Below are positions 1-9,882 of a stretch of DNA of 64,000 nt, in pieces. The first letter of the stretch is position 1. Each line of letters starts with the position of its first letter. Source of the stretch: Candidatus Marinacidobacterales bacterium (GTDB lineage: Bacteria; Acidobacteriota; Vicinamibacteria; Marinacidobacterales; DATDRI01); the NCBI GenBank assembly GCA_965226495.1, contig OZ245365.1, positions 4,864,001-4,928,000 on the forward strand, in the 5' to 3' direction. Both the position numbers and the translations under genes were made by a program. A model generated the notes under the pieces. The model ran no database searches, was not told where the DNA came from, and was given only the letters and a program-made list of their open reading frames with translations.

Positions 1-7
1 TTATTTA

Positions 8-64
8 CCTCTCCCCCGACGACGGGGGAGAGGTCGTCCGCCGAAGGCGGGCGGGTGAGGGGGA
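8..64. repeat. REP-like palindromic element (CCTCTCCCCC...GGGGGAGAGG...GGGTGAGGGG family)
   Basis: Hairpin cctctcccccg-acga-cgggggagagg followed by gggtgagggg. Same family as the two copies at 52750-52848, in opposite orientation. Confidence 0.7.
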
Positions 65-111
65 GGTGGATAGTGTCGATACTCCAGTGTCGATTTCATT
101 GTTACAGCACG

Positions 112-630
112 TTAGCGCTTCCGTGTGAACTCGAAGGGTTCGTTGAAGGCAACCTCGTTTTCTTCCATGAAAGTCCATGAGGTCTTAAAACGATCTCGCC
201 CAATGAGCTCTAGCTCGGCTTGATGCATATGACCCTCGCTGGAGCTTTCGAGGTTGGTCGCATCTAGAAACGAAAAGGCGAAACGCGATGGCTCCGAGCT
301 GTTCCAGGTCGCCACCATTCGCGGCTGGTTCTTGGCAACACAGTAGTGCGTCAACACGAGACGGTCGCCGTCTACATGGTACATGGTAATCATTTCACTC
401 GCGTGGTCTCCGTCTTCACCAATGAAACGAAACTCCTCCATGAGAACGCTTCCGTTCGCTACCAAGCGGAATGTCGTCTCCGCCTTCCTGCCGTCGGCGC
501 TTGCACCCTCCCATTCACCGACCAACGTCTGTAGTTTCTGAAACGATCCTTGGACGTCATTGCCTTCGGCACGGTGAACCCACGCCACAACAAGAACCAA
601 CGCCATTCCAATCAAAGAGAGCCGTTTCAT
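112..630 (-). CDS. Secreted hypothetical protein (beta-barrel-like, MYH-DG-LTHYC-NQPRM motif)
   Basis: ORF 112-660. Likely start at 630 (MKRLSLIG) after GGAGG. N-terminal signal peptide. Confidence 0.75.
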   Translation of the reverse strand: MKRLSLIGMALVLVVAWVHRAEGNDVQGSFQKLQTLVGEWEGASADGRKAETTFRLVANGSVLMEEFRFIGEDGDHASEMITMYHVDGDRLVLTHYCVAKNQPRMVATWNSSEPSRFAFSFLDATNLESSSEGHMHQAELELIGRDRFKTSWTFMEENEVAFNEPFEFTRKR

Positions 631-732
631 GTCTGCCTCCCGATTCCTGCAGGCCCCCATTGGCCTACGTCTACCGGGTAGACGATCGGGGCGAGCCCCG
701 ATCGACGGGGCGGGAAGATTTATGAAATTCGG

Positions 733-1512
733 CTACGAGCCCTTGAGTGCTTCTAATTGCCTTTGGAGGAAGGGCTTTTGAGAATCGGGGGCGAAAGACA
801 ACGCCTTCTCTAAGGTCTCGATGGCGGCATCTTTGTTGCCGCTTTCCTTGTAGGCTCCTGCCAGAACGAAGTGGGCGTAGAGCGACTCGGGATAGTGCTC
901 GAGCTCCAAACCGAGAAGCTCGATGGCCTCGGCAAGTTTGCCTTGCTCGGCGAGGGTTTCGGCGACTCTGGTAAGGACGCCCTCGCTGAAGTCGTAGGAG
1001 AAACCTCCATAAAATTCTTCGCGCGCTCGTCGTACTTCTTCTCGGCCGCGTCCATGCCATCTTCGGCGATGACTTCGGCCAGTATGTCTCCCAACATCTG
1101 AGGCTTGGCCAAACCACGGTGGCAGGTGATGCAGCTAACCTGAAGGCGCTCGGACGAGTTCACCCCCAAGTCAGATAGGCCAGTCAGGTGCTTCTCGTTG
1201 ATGGACTTCACCATCGTGAGCATGAGGCGCGCCTTGTGCTTGGCCGGGTTTTCATGCGAAATCAAAGGACATCAGGTCTCCAGGGTTGAATTCCTGCCCC
1301 GCTTTGCCAGCATGGCAATGCTGACAGCGGACGCCGTGCCCCGTTGCGAAACTGCGCATGACCGCACCGAGCTCCCGGCCTTTGACCCCGTCCGGCAATA
1401 CCTTGAGATTCTCCGGCTCCTCCGGCCACTGGAATTTTTGGGACCAGGCTTCCGGGATCGAGAAAGACGATATCAATCCGACCAAGACCAAGATTCGAAT
1501 TGTGATTGGCAA
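733..1512 (-). pseudogene. c-type cytochrome (photosynthetic reaction-centre cytochrome c-like) with C-terminal TPR, split by two frameshifts
   Basis: ENLKVLP and CQHCH lie in 1252-1512. KARLMLTMV and CITCHRG lie in 810-1265. The TPR-like tail is in a third frame ending at TAG 733-735. Frameshifts may be sequencing errors. Confidence 0.7.
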
Positions 1513-1587
1513 GGCTTGTCTCCTGATCGCCCCTCCAAGGGGCGGGGCGCATGTTTACTAATTAGTGGCGCTGGGGCCCCAACGCCA

Positions 1588-3573
1588 CTAGATAAGCTCC
1601 GGGTCGGCCAGGATCTCGACCAACGAGGGGCCGTCGTGCTCGAGGGCCGCTTTCAAAGCGTCCTCTAGGTCAGCCTTTGCGGATACTCGGAATCCTTTTG
1701 CCCCACATAGGTTGGCATACTCCGAGAAGTCCGGATTGTGCAGCGAGGTCTGCCAGACCTTCCAATTGCCGGAGCGTTGTTCCTTGCTAATCTTTCCGAG
1801 CTGGTCATTCCGGAGGAGCACGTGCGTAATCTTCATTCCATACTTCACCGCAGTCGTGAGCTCTCCCATGTACTGGCCGAAACCACCGTCACCGGAAACG
1901 GAAACGACGGGGCGTCCCTTGAAGCGAGGGTCATCCTCCTGGGTGGCGGCCCATGCGCCCATCGCGGCGGGAAAAGCGAAGCCGATCGATCCCAAATACC
2001 CCGACATCAAGATCGACTGTCGCGCACATTCGAAATAACGCCCGAACGAATAGGTATTGTTCCCCACGTCGACCGCAATGATGGCGTCGTCGGGAACGAG
2101 GCGGTTCATCGCGGCGAAGATCGATGCCGAATCGAGCCCCTTCCCGCGACCTTCGGTCTCTCGACGGCCCTTCTCCGCTCTCCAGATCGCCCAGCGCTCG
2201 GCGACCTCGGAGCGTTGATCGGTCGCGTCGCAGCCACCGCTGAGTCCGTCCTTGAGCAACGCCGCCGTCACGCCAATTTCGCCCCACACCGGGACGTCGA
2301 CGGCATGGAACTTCCCCAGCATCATTGGATCGAAGTCCACTTGGACTGTCGGTTTCTTAGGCGTGATCCCGGTGTGATCGCTAAAGCTCGCACCCAAAAC
2401 CAGGAGACAGTCGGATTCGTTCATGAACCAACTCGCGATCGGCGTCCCACTACGGCCTAACACACCACACCCCAGCGGGTGCGTATCCGAAACAAGCCCC
2501 TTCCCTTTGAACGTCGTGATCACCGGACTGTGTAATTTCTCCGCAAGCTCCAGGACGCCAGGCATATGGAACCGAGCCCCGTGACCCACGATGATGACCG
2601 GACGCTTCGCCCGACGGAGCATCTCGAGGGCCGCCTCGAGGGAATCTTGGGGCGGCGCGATATCACGTGGTGTGACTCGCCCTTTGGGCCCGCCGGCCTC
2701 CGCACCGTCCGCGGCCGGAAGCACCTGGACCTCGTCCGGAAAGATGAGATGCGAGACGCCGCGGTTGAGGATGGCGCTCTTGCAGGCTAGGTTCACTAGC
2801 TCGACGTGCTTGCTTCCGCGGAGAACCGGCTGCGACCATTGAGCGACCTTACCGAAGGCGGCTTGGAGATCCACCTCTTGAAACGCACCCGGACCTAATA
2901 CCTGCGTATTCACTTGGCCGGTCAAAGCCAGGACCGGTGCCCGATCGACATGGGCGTCCCACAAACCCGTGAGCAAGTTCGTTGCACCGGGGCCAGCGAT
3001 CCCCAAGCAGGCGGCCGGACGTCCGGTGAGCTTTCCGTACGCGGACACCGCAAAGGCCGCCGCCCCTTCGTGCCGGATACCGAAATAGCGGAGCTTCCCG
3101 CGCTCTTCCTGAACACGAAGGGCATCCGCCAACCCCAGATTGGAATGACCTACCATGCCGAATACCTGACGGACTCCCCAAGCGACCATCGTCTCCGCCA
3201 TGACATCGGTGACCGTACGGACGTGAGGTTCTTCTTCGTGGAACGCAACATAGACGCCGTCGTCTCGCACCTCAACCGGATAGGTGGCAACCCCATCGTC
3301 GTAGCCACCGGGCGGCTTCCCGGTCAAGGGCTCGTAGTCCCAGCCGTGCCACGGGCACCGGAGGTAGCCTTTTTCGATGGAGCCTTCACCTAAAGGACCA
3401 CCTTGATGCGGGCACTTGTTGTCGAGCGCCCCGTACTTCCCCTGGTGGTGCGTCATGCACACTGTCTCGAGACCACAGGTCACCGCCTTGACGCGACCTT
3501 CCGGGAGCTCGTCGGGCTCCAAAGCCTTGTACCAAACCTCGCGCGTCGAGCTACTGTTGTCTGAGCTGGCCAT
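1588..3573 (-). CDS. Rieske [2Fe-2S] domain fused to thiamine pyrophosphate-dependent enzyme (pyruvate oxidase/acetolactate synthase family)
   Basis: Rieske ligands CPHQG...CPWHG. TPP-family motifs RHEGAAAFA, GPGATN and GDGG...N. Confidence 0.9.
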   Translation of the reverse strand: MASSDNSSSTREVWYKALEPDELPEGRVKAVTCGLETVCMTHHQGKYGALDNKCPHQGGPLGEGSIEKGYLRCPWHGWDYEPLTGKPPGGYDDGVATYPVEVRDDGVYVAFHEEEPHVRTVTDVMAETMVAWGVRQVFGMVGHSNLGLADALRVQEERGKLRYFGIRHEGAAAFAVSAYGKLTGRPAACLGIAGPGATNLLTGLWDAHVDRAPVLALTGQVNTQVLGPGAFQEVDLQAAFGKVAQWSQPVLRGSKHVELVNLACKSAILNRGVSHLIFPDEVQVLPAADGAEAGGPKGRVTPRDIAPPQDSLEAALEMLRRAKRPVIIVGHGARFHMPGVLELAEKLHSPVITTFKGKGLVSDTHPLGCGVLGRSGTPIASWFMNESDCLLVLGASFSDHTGITPKKPTVQVDFDPMMLGKFHAVDVPVWGEIGVTAALLKDGLSGGCDATDQRSEVAERWAIWRAEKGRRETEGRGKGLDSASIFAAMNRLVPDDAIIAVDVGNNTYSFGRYFECARQSILMSGYLGSIGFAFPAAMGAWAATQEDDPRFKGRPVVSVSGDGGFGQYMGELTTAVKYGMKITHVLLRNDQLGKISKEQRSGNWKVWQTSLHNPDFSEYANLCGAKGFRVSAKADLEDALKAALEHDGPSLVEILADPELI

Positions 3574-3603
3574 GGATTCGTCGCTCCTTCCGTCTCGCCC
3601 GAC

Positions 3604-4465
3604 TCACGGGATGAGCCCGCCGAGCGCGGAATCGATGAAGCTCCTAGCGCGATGCTTCTGGGCTTCCGCGGTACCGTCCGCCGTCATTTTTTCACCCAAC
3701 AAGATCGCACCGAAGAAGCCTTCGGTATGCCAATGTCCTCCACCGGCTAGTTCGAACTTGGGAGTATCGTCGGGGCGAGGATAAGGGTTTACGTAGAAAT
3801 AAGGCTGTGGGTAAGTGGCGTCTCCTGGCAACATGCCTACACCGATACTCTTCGCCGTTTCTGGATCCTTTTCCGGCTCGAGCAAAACGAGGAACCCGAT
3901 GTCGAAATGGTGCGGCCAACATCGAACCGCAGTGGTGAACGGTTGATTCGCCGCCACTTCCGTCAATACGAGCTCCGCATTCGCAAACCAGCGGCCCAGC
4001 TCTGCAAAGGCCGCGCGATCGTCACCGGAGAACGCACGTCCTTCTCCGACGGGGGTGACTCGGCATGTCATACTCCGTGGGCTTGTCGAGCGTGACGTGT
4101 TCTTCTTTCGTGACGGAACAGATAGCCGACCTCATCCACTCCAATCCTTCGTCGAGCGTCTTGCCGATCAAGCTTTGCCCGGGTACGGTCTCGGCAAGTC
4201 CCCCCTTCACACTGAGCTCCAAGTCCGTCACGTGAAGTGCCGCTCTCGGATGAGGTGAAGGCGAAATCGAATCGCCCGCCAGGAGCTTCGACGAAGCGAG
4301 GCATTCCATGCTGGCGTGGCTGTCATCTGCCTCGGGCTTGACCAAGGCCCGCCCCACCGCGGCCACGATTTGGGATGCCCAATGGAGTTGAAGTCTCCCC
4401 TCGGTAAGCTCGGTTGGGGGGACACCCCCTAGTCGTTCCCAACTGTGAGCAGAAGTGTCCGTCAC
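3604..4465 (-). pseudogene. DUF5996-like protein, frameshifted near 4050-4070
   Basis: N-half 4022-4465 (LQLHWASQI, DDSH) and C-half 3604-4071 (WPHHFD, PGD, PYFYV, WH) overlap across a G5 run. Confidence 0.65.
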
Positions 4466-4491
4466 GTCGCCCTCCCTCTCGTCTTCTATTA

Positions 4492-6135
4492 TCAGAGTCC
4501 AACGACGCCAGCGTATGAGACGCCGGTGAGATAGGCAATGTCTCGCTTCCAGGTCGTCAGATCATTCAAAGAGAAATCCTTTAACCGTTCATGTCCACAC
4601 GCGCGCGCCAAGATTTTCATGAGTTCGACGGTGGCTTCCAGATAGTTATTGAGTTGCTTTGCGGATTCGTCCACAACCAGTCGTCGTCGAAGGCTCTCTT
4701 TTTGGGTCGCGATACCCACCGGGCAATTGTTGGTATGACATGCGCGCATTCCGAGACATCCAATCGCCTGAAGGGCGGAGTTCGCAATCGCAACCCCATC
4801 GGCACCCAAGGCCATCGCCTTGACGAAGTCCGATTCGGTTCGCAACCCGCCGGTGGCGATGAGAGTCACGTCCTTCGCTTCGCGCTTGTCGAGATGGACT
4901 CGGGCTCGCGCCAACGCCGCCATCGAGGGCACGGAAATGTTGTTCTTGAAGATCTCCGGAGCGGCACCGGTCGCACCGCCGCGCCCGTCCATGATGATGT
5001 AATCCACTCCGATCTCAAGAGCGAAGTCGATATCCACTTCCACGTGTTGGGCGGAGAGCTTGAAGCCGATTGGTATCCCACCCGCGACCTCGCGCACCTC
5101 GTCGGCGATACCGCGGAAGTCCTGGGGCTTTTCGAGGTCGGGGAAACGCGAGGGACTGATCGCCGATTGACCGGGCTCGAGACCGCGAACCGCCGCGATT
5201 TTCTCCGAGACTTTCTTGCCCGGAAGATGTCCTCCCGTGCCGGTCTTCGCGCCTTGGCCGCCCTTGAAATGAAACGCCTGTACTTTGCGAACCTTGTCCA
5301 GACTCCAGCCGAACCGAGCCGAGGCCAATTCGTAAAAGTAACGACTGTTCGCAGCCTGCTCCTCGGGAAGCATGCCTCCCTCGCCCGAGCAGATGCCGGT
5401 GCCGGCCATCTCCGCACCCTTCGCGAGCGCAGTCTTCGCCTCTTCACTCAAGGCACCGTAGCTCATGTCGCTGACGAACAAAGGAATCTCGAGACGCAAA
5501 GGCTTCTTTGCGTTCGGGCCAATGATGAGCTCAGTGCTTACGGGAACCTCTTCGAGAAGCGGTGGCCGTGCCAGTTGGCCAGTTAGGATTTGAATGTCGG
5601 TCCATCGCGGGAGCTCGGTGAGCGGCACTCCCATTGCCGAAACCGTTCCGTGTTGACCGACGTTCTTGAGCCCGTTCTTCGCCAGCTCTTGAATGGTTCC
5701 GTTATATGGCTCCTCGGGCCCGCCATGGATATCGGCATAAAGACCCAGGTACTCGTCGCGTCGGTAGGGCTGAGGATTTCCATCCTGCCAGGCGGCAATC
5801 TCGTTTTCGTCCACGTTCACGGAGTCATCGTCACGATCTATCCAAGCCTGAAACTTGTGCAGGCTCTCAGCATTGTTGTAATCGCTGACCCCTGTGTCGT
5901 AGCGGTAGTCCCAACCGTGAACGCCGCAGATCAAGTTATCTCGATCTATCGACCCGTCGGCCATGAGGGCGCCGCGGTGTTGACAACGACCGTAGAGAGC
6001 CGAGACGTTGTCGTCGTAGCGAACGATGACCAGGTCGACGTCCAGAACGCGGGCGTAGGTCGGCGTTCGATCCTCGAGAACACTCCACGTGGCCACTTTC
6101 ACCTTCTTGGCCGCTGCGGCTTCTTCTACAGCCAT
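4492..6135 (-). CDS. Rieske domain fused to FMN-binding glutamate synthase-related protein
   Basis: Rieske ligands CQHRG...CGVHG. FMN domain motifs SDMSYGALS and GQGAK-G-GGHLP. [3Fe-4S] motif C-x4-CHTNNCP. Confidence 0.9.
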   Translation of the reverse strand: MAVEEAAAAKKVKVATWSVLEDRTPTYARVLDVDLVIVRYDDNVSALYGRCQHRGALMADGSIDRDNLICGVHGWDYRYDTGVSDYNNAESLHKFQAWIDRDDDSVNVDENEIAAWQDGNPQPYRRDEYLGLYADIHGGPEEPYNGTIQELAKNGLKNVGQHGTVSAMGVPLTELPRWTDIQILTGQLARPPLLEEVPVSTELIIGPNAKKPLRLEIPLFVSDMSYGALSEEAKTALAKGAEMAGTGICSGEGGMLPEEQAANSRYFYELASARFGWSLDKVRKVQAFHFKGGQGAKTGTGGHLPGKKVSEKIAAVRGLEPGQSAISPSRFPDLEKPQDFRGIADEVREVAGGIPIGFKLSAQHVEVDIDFALEIGVDYIIMDGRGGATGAAPEIFKNNISVPSMAALARARVHLDKREAKDVTLIATGGLRTESDFVKAMALGADGVAIANSALQAIGCLGMRACHTNNCPVGIATQKESLRRRLVVDESAKQLNNYLEATVELMKILARACGHERLKDFSLNDLTTWKRDIAYLTGVSYAGVVGL

Positions 6136-6274
6136 GCTGACCTCCTCGTCTTTAGATGCCTCGGACGTACCCGAGGTTACTGCCGCAGGATGGAAAGAGC
6201 AAGGATTCGAGATTAAGGACTTGACCTGGGACGAGACTTGGGTGAAAGTAAAAGTCTAAACTCCGCGCAATCTT

Positions 6275-6500
6275 AGGATGTGCGTGGCGGCTCGGCGCCG
6301 GGTTTGAGCGGCCCCAAGAGCTGGACGGGTTTGGGTCCGTCGTTATTGGTTACGCTCAGAAAGGAGGTGGTCCATTGATTAGTTCTTCAGTTTCCGCGGA
6401 GGTGGCGTCCCCGTAGGGGGTGCATAGAAGCCTTCTTTCTGTTCGCAAAGGCAACGGCGCTCCCTCGATAGAAGGGGGTCCCAGCGCCACCAACGCGAAG
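6275..6500 (+). other. Candidate structured small transcript carrying a 13-codon ORF (6375-6416, MISSSVSAEVASP)
   Basis: Extended Shine-Dalgarno AGAAAGGAGGTGGTCC (6358-6373) just before a TTG start. Several hairpins. Followed by a terminator. Confidence 0.4.
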
Positions 6501-6504
6501 CTAC

Positions 6505-6552
6505 AAAAAGCCCCGGTCTCGTCCATTGCGGCGGGCCGGGGCTTTCGCTTTT
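6505..6552. terminator. Probable bidirectional intrinsic terminator
   Basis: AAAAAGCCCCGGTCTCGTC-cattgc-GGCGGGCCGGGGCTTT hairpin (some G-T pairs) with A-tract and T-tract flanks, just past the mscS stop. Confidence 0.75.
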
Positions 6553-6561
6553 CGCGCTACC

Positions 6562-8283
6562 TCAGTCGCCGGTGGAGCCTGGGCTGGAAGCACTTTGCAA
6601 TCTTTCTTCCCCCCGCATTTCGATATCACGCCGAGGAACGGGGTGTCGGATTCCCTCCTGGTCGAAGCGATCCTTAACCGCACGGGTGAGATCCCAGTAG
6701 ACGGCGAAGTAGTCCTCGGTCCGGACCCAGGGCCGGACGATGAAATCTACCGACCACTCGCTGAGCTCGTGGACCTTGATCGCAGTCGCGGGTTCCTTCA
6801 GAACGCGCTCGTCGCTTTGGACAACCTCCCACAGAATGCGTTCGGCCCGGGCGATGTCTTCGGAATGACTAACGCGAAACACGAGATCCACCCGCCGGGT
6901 GGGCTCGGCCGACTTGTTCCGGATGACGCTGCCCCAAATCTTTCCGTTGGGAACGATGAGCACCTGATTGTCGAACGTGGTTATGGACGTCGTCACGAGG
7001 CTCATCTTGGCGACTTTGCCCGACACGCCCGCCGCCTCAATGACGTGTCCTACATCAAAGGGTTGGTACACGAGGATCATCACACCTGCAGCGAAATTGG
7101 AAAGTGTGTCCTGTAGCGCAAACCCGACGATGAACCCAGCGATACCGAGACCGGCAAGCAGAGGTCCGAGCTCGATGCCAATCTGGGCCAACGCGATGAG
7201 AAAGCCGACAAGGAGAACCGCCCTCGAGGACATCGACACCGCAATATCGCGGAGAAGCATCGGTACCTTCTGCGAGGGGCTGGCGACACTTCTGGCCACG
7301 ATGCGTTGGACGATGTTGGCGAGCACCTTGGCGATCCCGACGATGATCAGGAACAGGAACATTTTAAGGATGAGGGAGACCCCATTGGCCTGGAGCCAAT
7401 CCACGAAACGATTCCAGCCTTGGTCCAAGAGCCCGAAAGCCACTCGCGAGTCGAAGATGTCGGAGGTCACGTTCCCGGTGGTCCGAATTAGGAGCTGCCG
7501 GTACTCGGTGGTGTCGAGCCCCCGCGAGTCCATGAGATCCACAACGCTCGTAAGACTGTTGCTCGCCGTGTGAACTCGCTGCTCCAATGCCCGTTGCTCG
7601 GCTCGGAGCTGGACCGCCGCGCTGCCCTCCACACCTTTCACGCTTTCCCGGACCACCGCGAGGCGATCTTGTGCGACTCCAATATGGGCATCCAGAGATG
7701 CCGCGTGATCGAGGAGGAGCCGGTCCAGGAACACTAGTTGCTCGCTCGCATCGATGCCAAGGTTCAGCGCGAACGTGCAGTACTTCAGGTAGCCCGACAT
7801 GAGCATATCCAACGCGAGAACCTCTTGAGCGATCTCTTGCTCGATGGCCAAATGCTCCTCTGGAGAGAGCTCGCTCCGTCGGCGCAGAAACTCGCTGACC
7901 AGCTCTCCTCGCCTGTCGATATCTTCCCGCAGCAGCGGGAAAGCGATGTCGAGGATCTCTTCCGCAACAGCTAGCGGTCGGTCCACCGGTTGAGCAGTGG
8001 CACGAAGCTGGTCGATGTTCTCAATGAGTTTCTCGAGCTTGTCGCGGATCTCATCCCCGCGTCGGCCGAGGCGCGCCCACAGGGCCACTCGATCGTCTCC
8101 GGTGGTTTCGACATAGCGAGCGTAGAGCTCCACCGCGTCGTCCTTGAGAGCATCGAGCTCGTCGGCGAGCTGCCCGGTCTCCGCGAGGAGAGATGGCTCC
8201 TGCGCGCTTGCTCCGGCGGCAAAAAGCCACCCCGCCAGCAATGCCAGGGCGCAGCCGTTCCTGGTTCTCATGCCAATTCTCAT
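6562..8283 (-). CDS. Large MscS-family mechanosensitive channel with N-terminal periplasmic helical domain
   Basis: GFALQDTLSNFAAGVMIL, PFDVG, IVPNGKIW and RRVDL are MscS signatures. Confidence 0.9.
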   Translation of the reverse strand: MRIGMRTRNGCALALLAGWLFAAGASAQEPSLLAETGQLADELDALKDDAVELYARYVETTGDDRVALWARLGRRGDEIRDKLEKLIENIDQLRATAQPVDRPLAVAEEILDIAFPLLREDIDRRGELVSEFLRRRSELSPEEHLAIEQEIAQEVLALDMLMSGYLKYCTFALNLGIDASEQLVFLDRLLLDHAASLDAHIGVAQDRLAVVRESVKGVEGSAAVQLRAEQRALEQRVHTASNSLTSVVDLMDSRGLDTTEYRQLLIRTTGNVTSDIFDSRVAFGLLDQGWNRFVDWLQANGVSLILKMFLFLIIVGIAKVLANIVQRIVARSVASPSQKVPMLLRDIAVSMSSRAVLLVGFLIALAQIGIELGPLLAGLGIAGFIVGFALQDTLSNFAAGVMILVYQPFDVGHVIEAAGVSGKVAKMSLVTTSITTFDNQVLIVPNGKIWGSVIRNKSAEPTRRVDLVFRVSHSEDIARAERILWEVVQSDERVLKEPATAIKVHELSEWSVDFIVRPWVRTEDYFAVYWDLTRAVKDRFDQEGIRHPVPRRDIEMRGEERLQSASSPGSTGD

Positions 8284-8424
8284 AGCGGAGACCGAGTCTA
8301 CCGTCGCCCCTTGCGCTCGCGCAAGCGAAGTGGGCCGCCTTCTGACATGAGCGCTTGACTCGAGTCATTGCTAGCACTTAACCTTGCTGTGCTCGTCAAG
8401 CGGCCGGCCAGAAGTTGATCAGCG

Positions 8425-8552
8425 ATGGACGAAGAAGAGCTAAAGGACGTCGAGCATCCCAAGGGCACGCTCGCCATCGTACTGATCTACGCCACCTTGT
8501 TCATCCTGGGTTGTTAGTCTTGTACTACGGCGAGTTCCTACCCCGTGGCTAA
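8425..8552 (+). pseudogene. ba3-type cytochrome c oxidase small subunit (IIa-like), frameshifted
   Basis: MDEEELKDVEHPKGTLAIVLIYATLFILG, then a frameshift to LYYGEFLPRG*. Lies directly upstream of subunit II. Confidence 0.55.
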
Positions 8553-8585
8553 TCCGATGCATCCCCGACCATTCAGATCATAAAG

Positions 8586-9058
8586 ATGAAAGTTGATCTC
8601 TTTGAAAGGATTTGGATGGGGGCGGCGACCTTCATGCTGGTGGCTTTCGTCATTGCCATCATCGTTTCCGCCACCGTTTCCGCTGTTCACCCGCCTAGCC
8701 ACATCGAGACCATCGACCCTGCCCGGGTGCGCACGGAGGCCGAGTTCGCTAGCCCCGCGTCAATGAGGATGACAGTGGCATTACCGTCGTTGTATTGACC
8801 GAGCTCTACCGTTTCACTCCCTCGATCATTCGGGTCCCCGCCGGCAAACCCATCCGGTTTCGACTCACCAGCCCGTACGTACTCCACGGGTTCCAGATCG
8901 TCGGCACCAATGCCAACGTGGTCGTGGCTCCCGGCTACGTGAGTGAGCTGGTGACGTCGTTTCCGAAGGCAGGCAAGTATCTCATCGTGTGCAACGAGTA
9001 TTGCGGACTATCGCACCATTTGATGCAGGCAACACTCATCGTGGAGCAAACACCGTGA
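8586..9058 (+). pseudogene. ba3-type cytochrome c oxidase subunit II, frameshifted
   Basis: Single TM anchor with ETIDP in 8586-8798. CuA ligands HGF...CNEYCGLSHHLM in 8795-9058. Confidence 0.8.
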
Positions 9059-9160
9059 TTCCCGGACGGCGTCTGACGCTGGCGAATTTTTGGGTCGCGG
9101 TCGGTGCGTTTGGACTGGGTGCAGCGATGGCGGTCATGCAGGCGCTGGCACGCGCACCTC
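9055..9160 (+). pseudogene. N-terminal fragment of ba3-type oxidase subunit I
   Basis: GTG overlaps the subunit II stop. VIPGRRLTLANFWVAVGAFGLGAAMAVMQALARAP resembles the first TM helix, then the sequence ends abruptly. Confidence 0.55.
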
Positions 9161-9730
9161 TTTGCCTTGGCGACGCTCGGTTTCGTAGTAGTAGGTGCCC
9201 TTCTGCCCGTCGTATTCGGTGGTGGTTTCGGCATCGTACGTCCAGTACGGAAGGTAGACTCCATCCAAACCATCCTTGCGGGTTCGCCTCACCAAGTCGC
9301 CAGGGGCGAACCATCGACTCTTTACCCACTTCGTGAATACCTCCTGCGCCTGCCTTCGATTCAGTACAAAAGGCAGGACACTTTCCGGCACGATGACGTC
9401 TTCACTTGCCTCCTCCAAAACGACCGGCGAATCGCAGAACGGGCAACGTGTCGATTGCTCGGTGACGATCGTAACGGCGCCGCATCCGCTGCATCGAAGC
9501 TCCTTCGCGTTGTCTGCAAAAGCGCGCAACGGAACGGCATCCCGACCAGCAAGCGCTTCTTCGAGAAAATACTCTTCGATGGCGACGGGCTCGCCAACTT
9601 CGATCTTCTGCTTCCCCCCACAGTAAGGACAGACGAGACTCAGGGTTCCCGGTTTGAACTCGAGCGCAGCCCCACAGCCCCCGCAGGGAAACTCGTGCTT
9701 CGAGGCCGTGTCAGTTTGCTCGGACTTCAT
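9134..9730 (-). pseudogene. Zinc-ribbon protein (three CxxC-CxxC type pairs, VLPF...GVYLPYWTYD), C-terminally truncated
   Basis: Family members normally continue well past YWTYD. Here the frame ends at the junction with the oxidase subunit I fragment. Confidence 0.6.
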
Positions 9731-9882
9731 GAGCTCCGCATCGCATCTGTCAACACAAGGACCCGTCGCGTTCGGGTAAAACTTCACTACGATAGGGGAA
9801 GGGATTAACTATTTTATTTTACAACCGCTGCAGGCCACTCTGCCAATGGGGCGGCCCCCCGGCTGTCCAAACGAACCTACAA

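Noticed and set aside
6275-6500. tmRNA or 16S rRNA fragment
   Set aside because: No T-arm GTTCGA and no Ala acceptor stem, and the peptide lacks an AA-type tag end. Similarity to 16S is limited to the 16-nt anti-SD complement.
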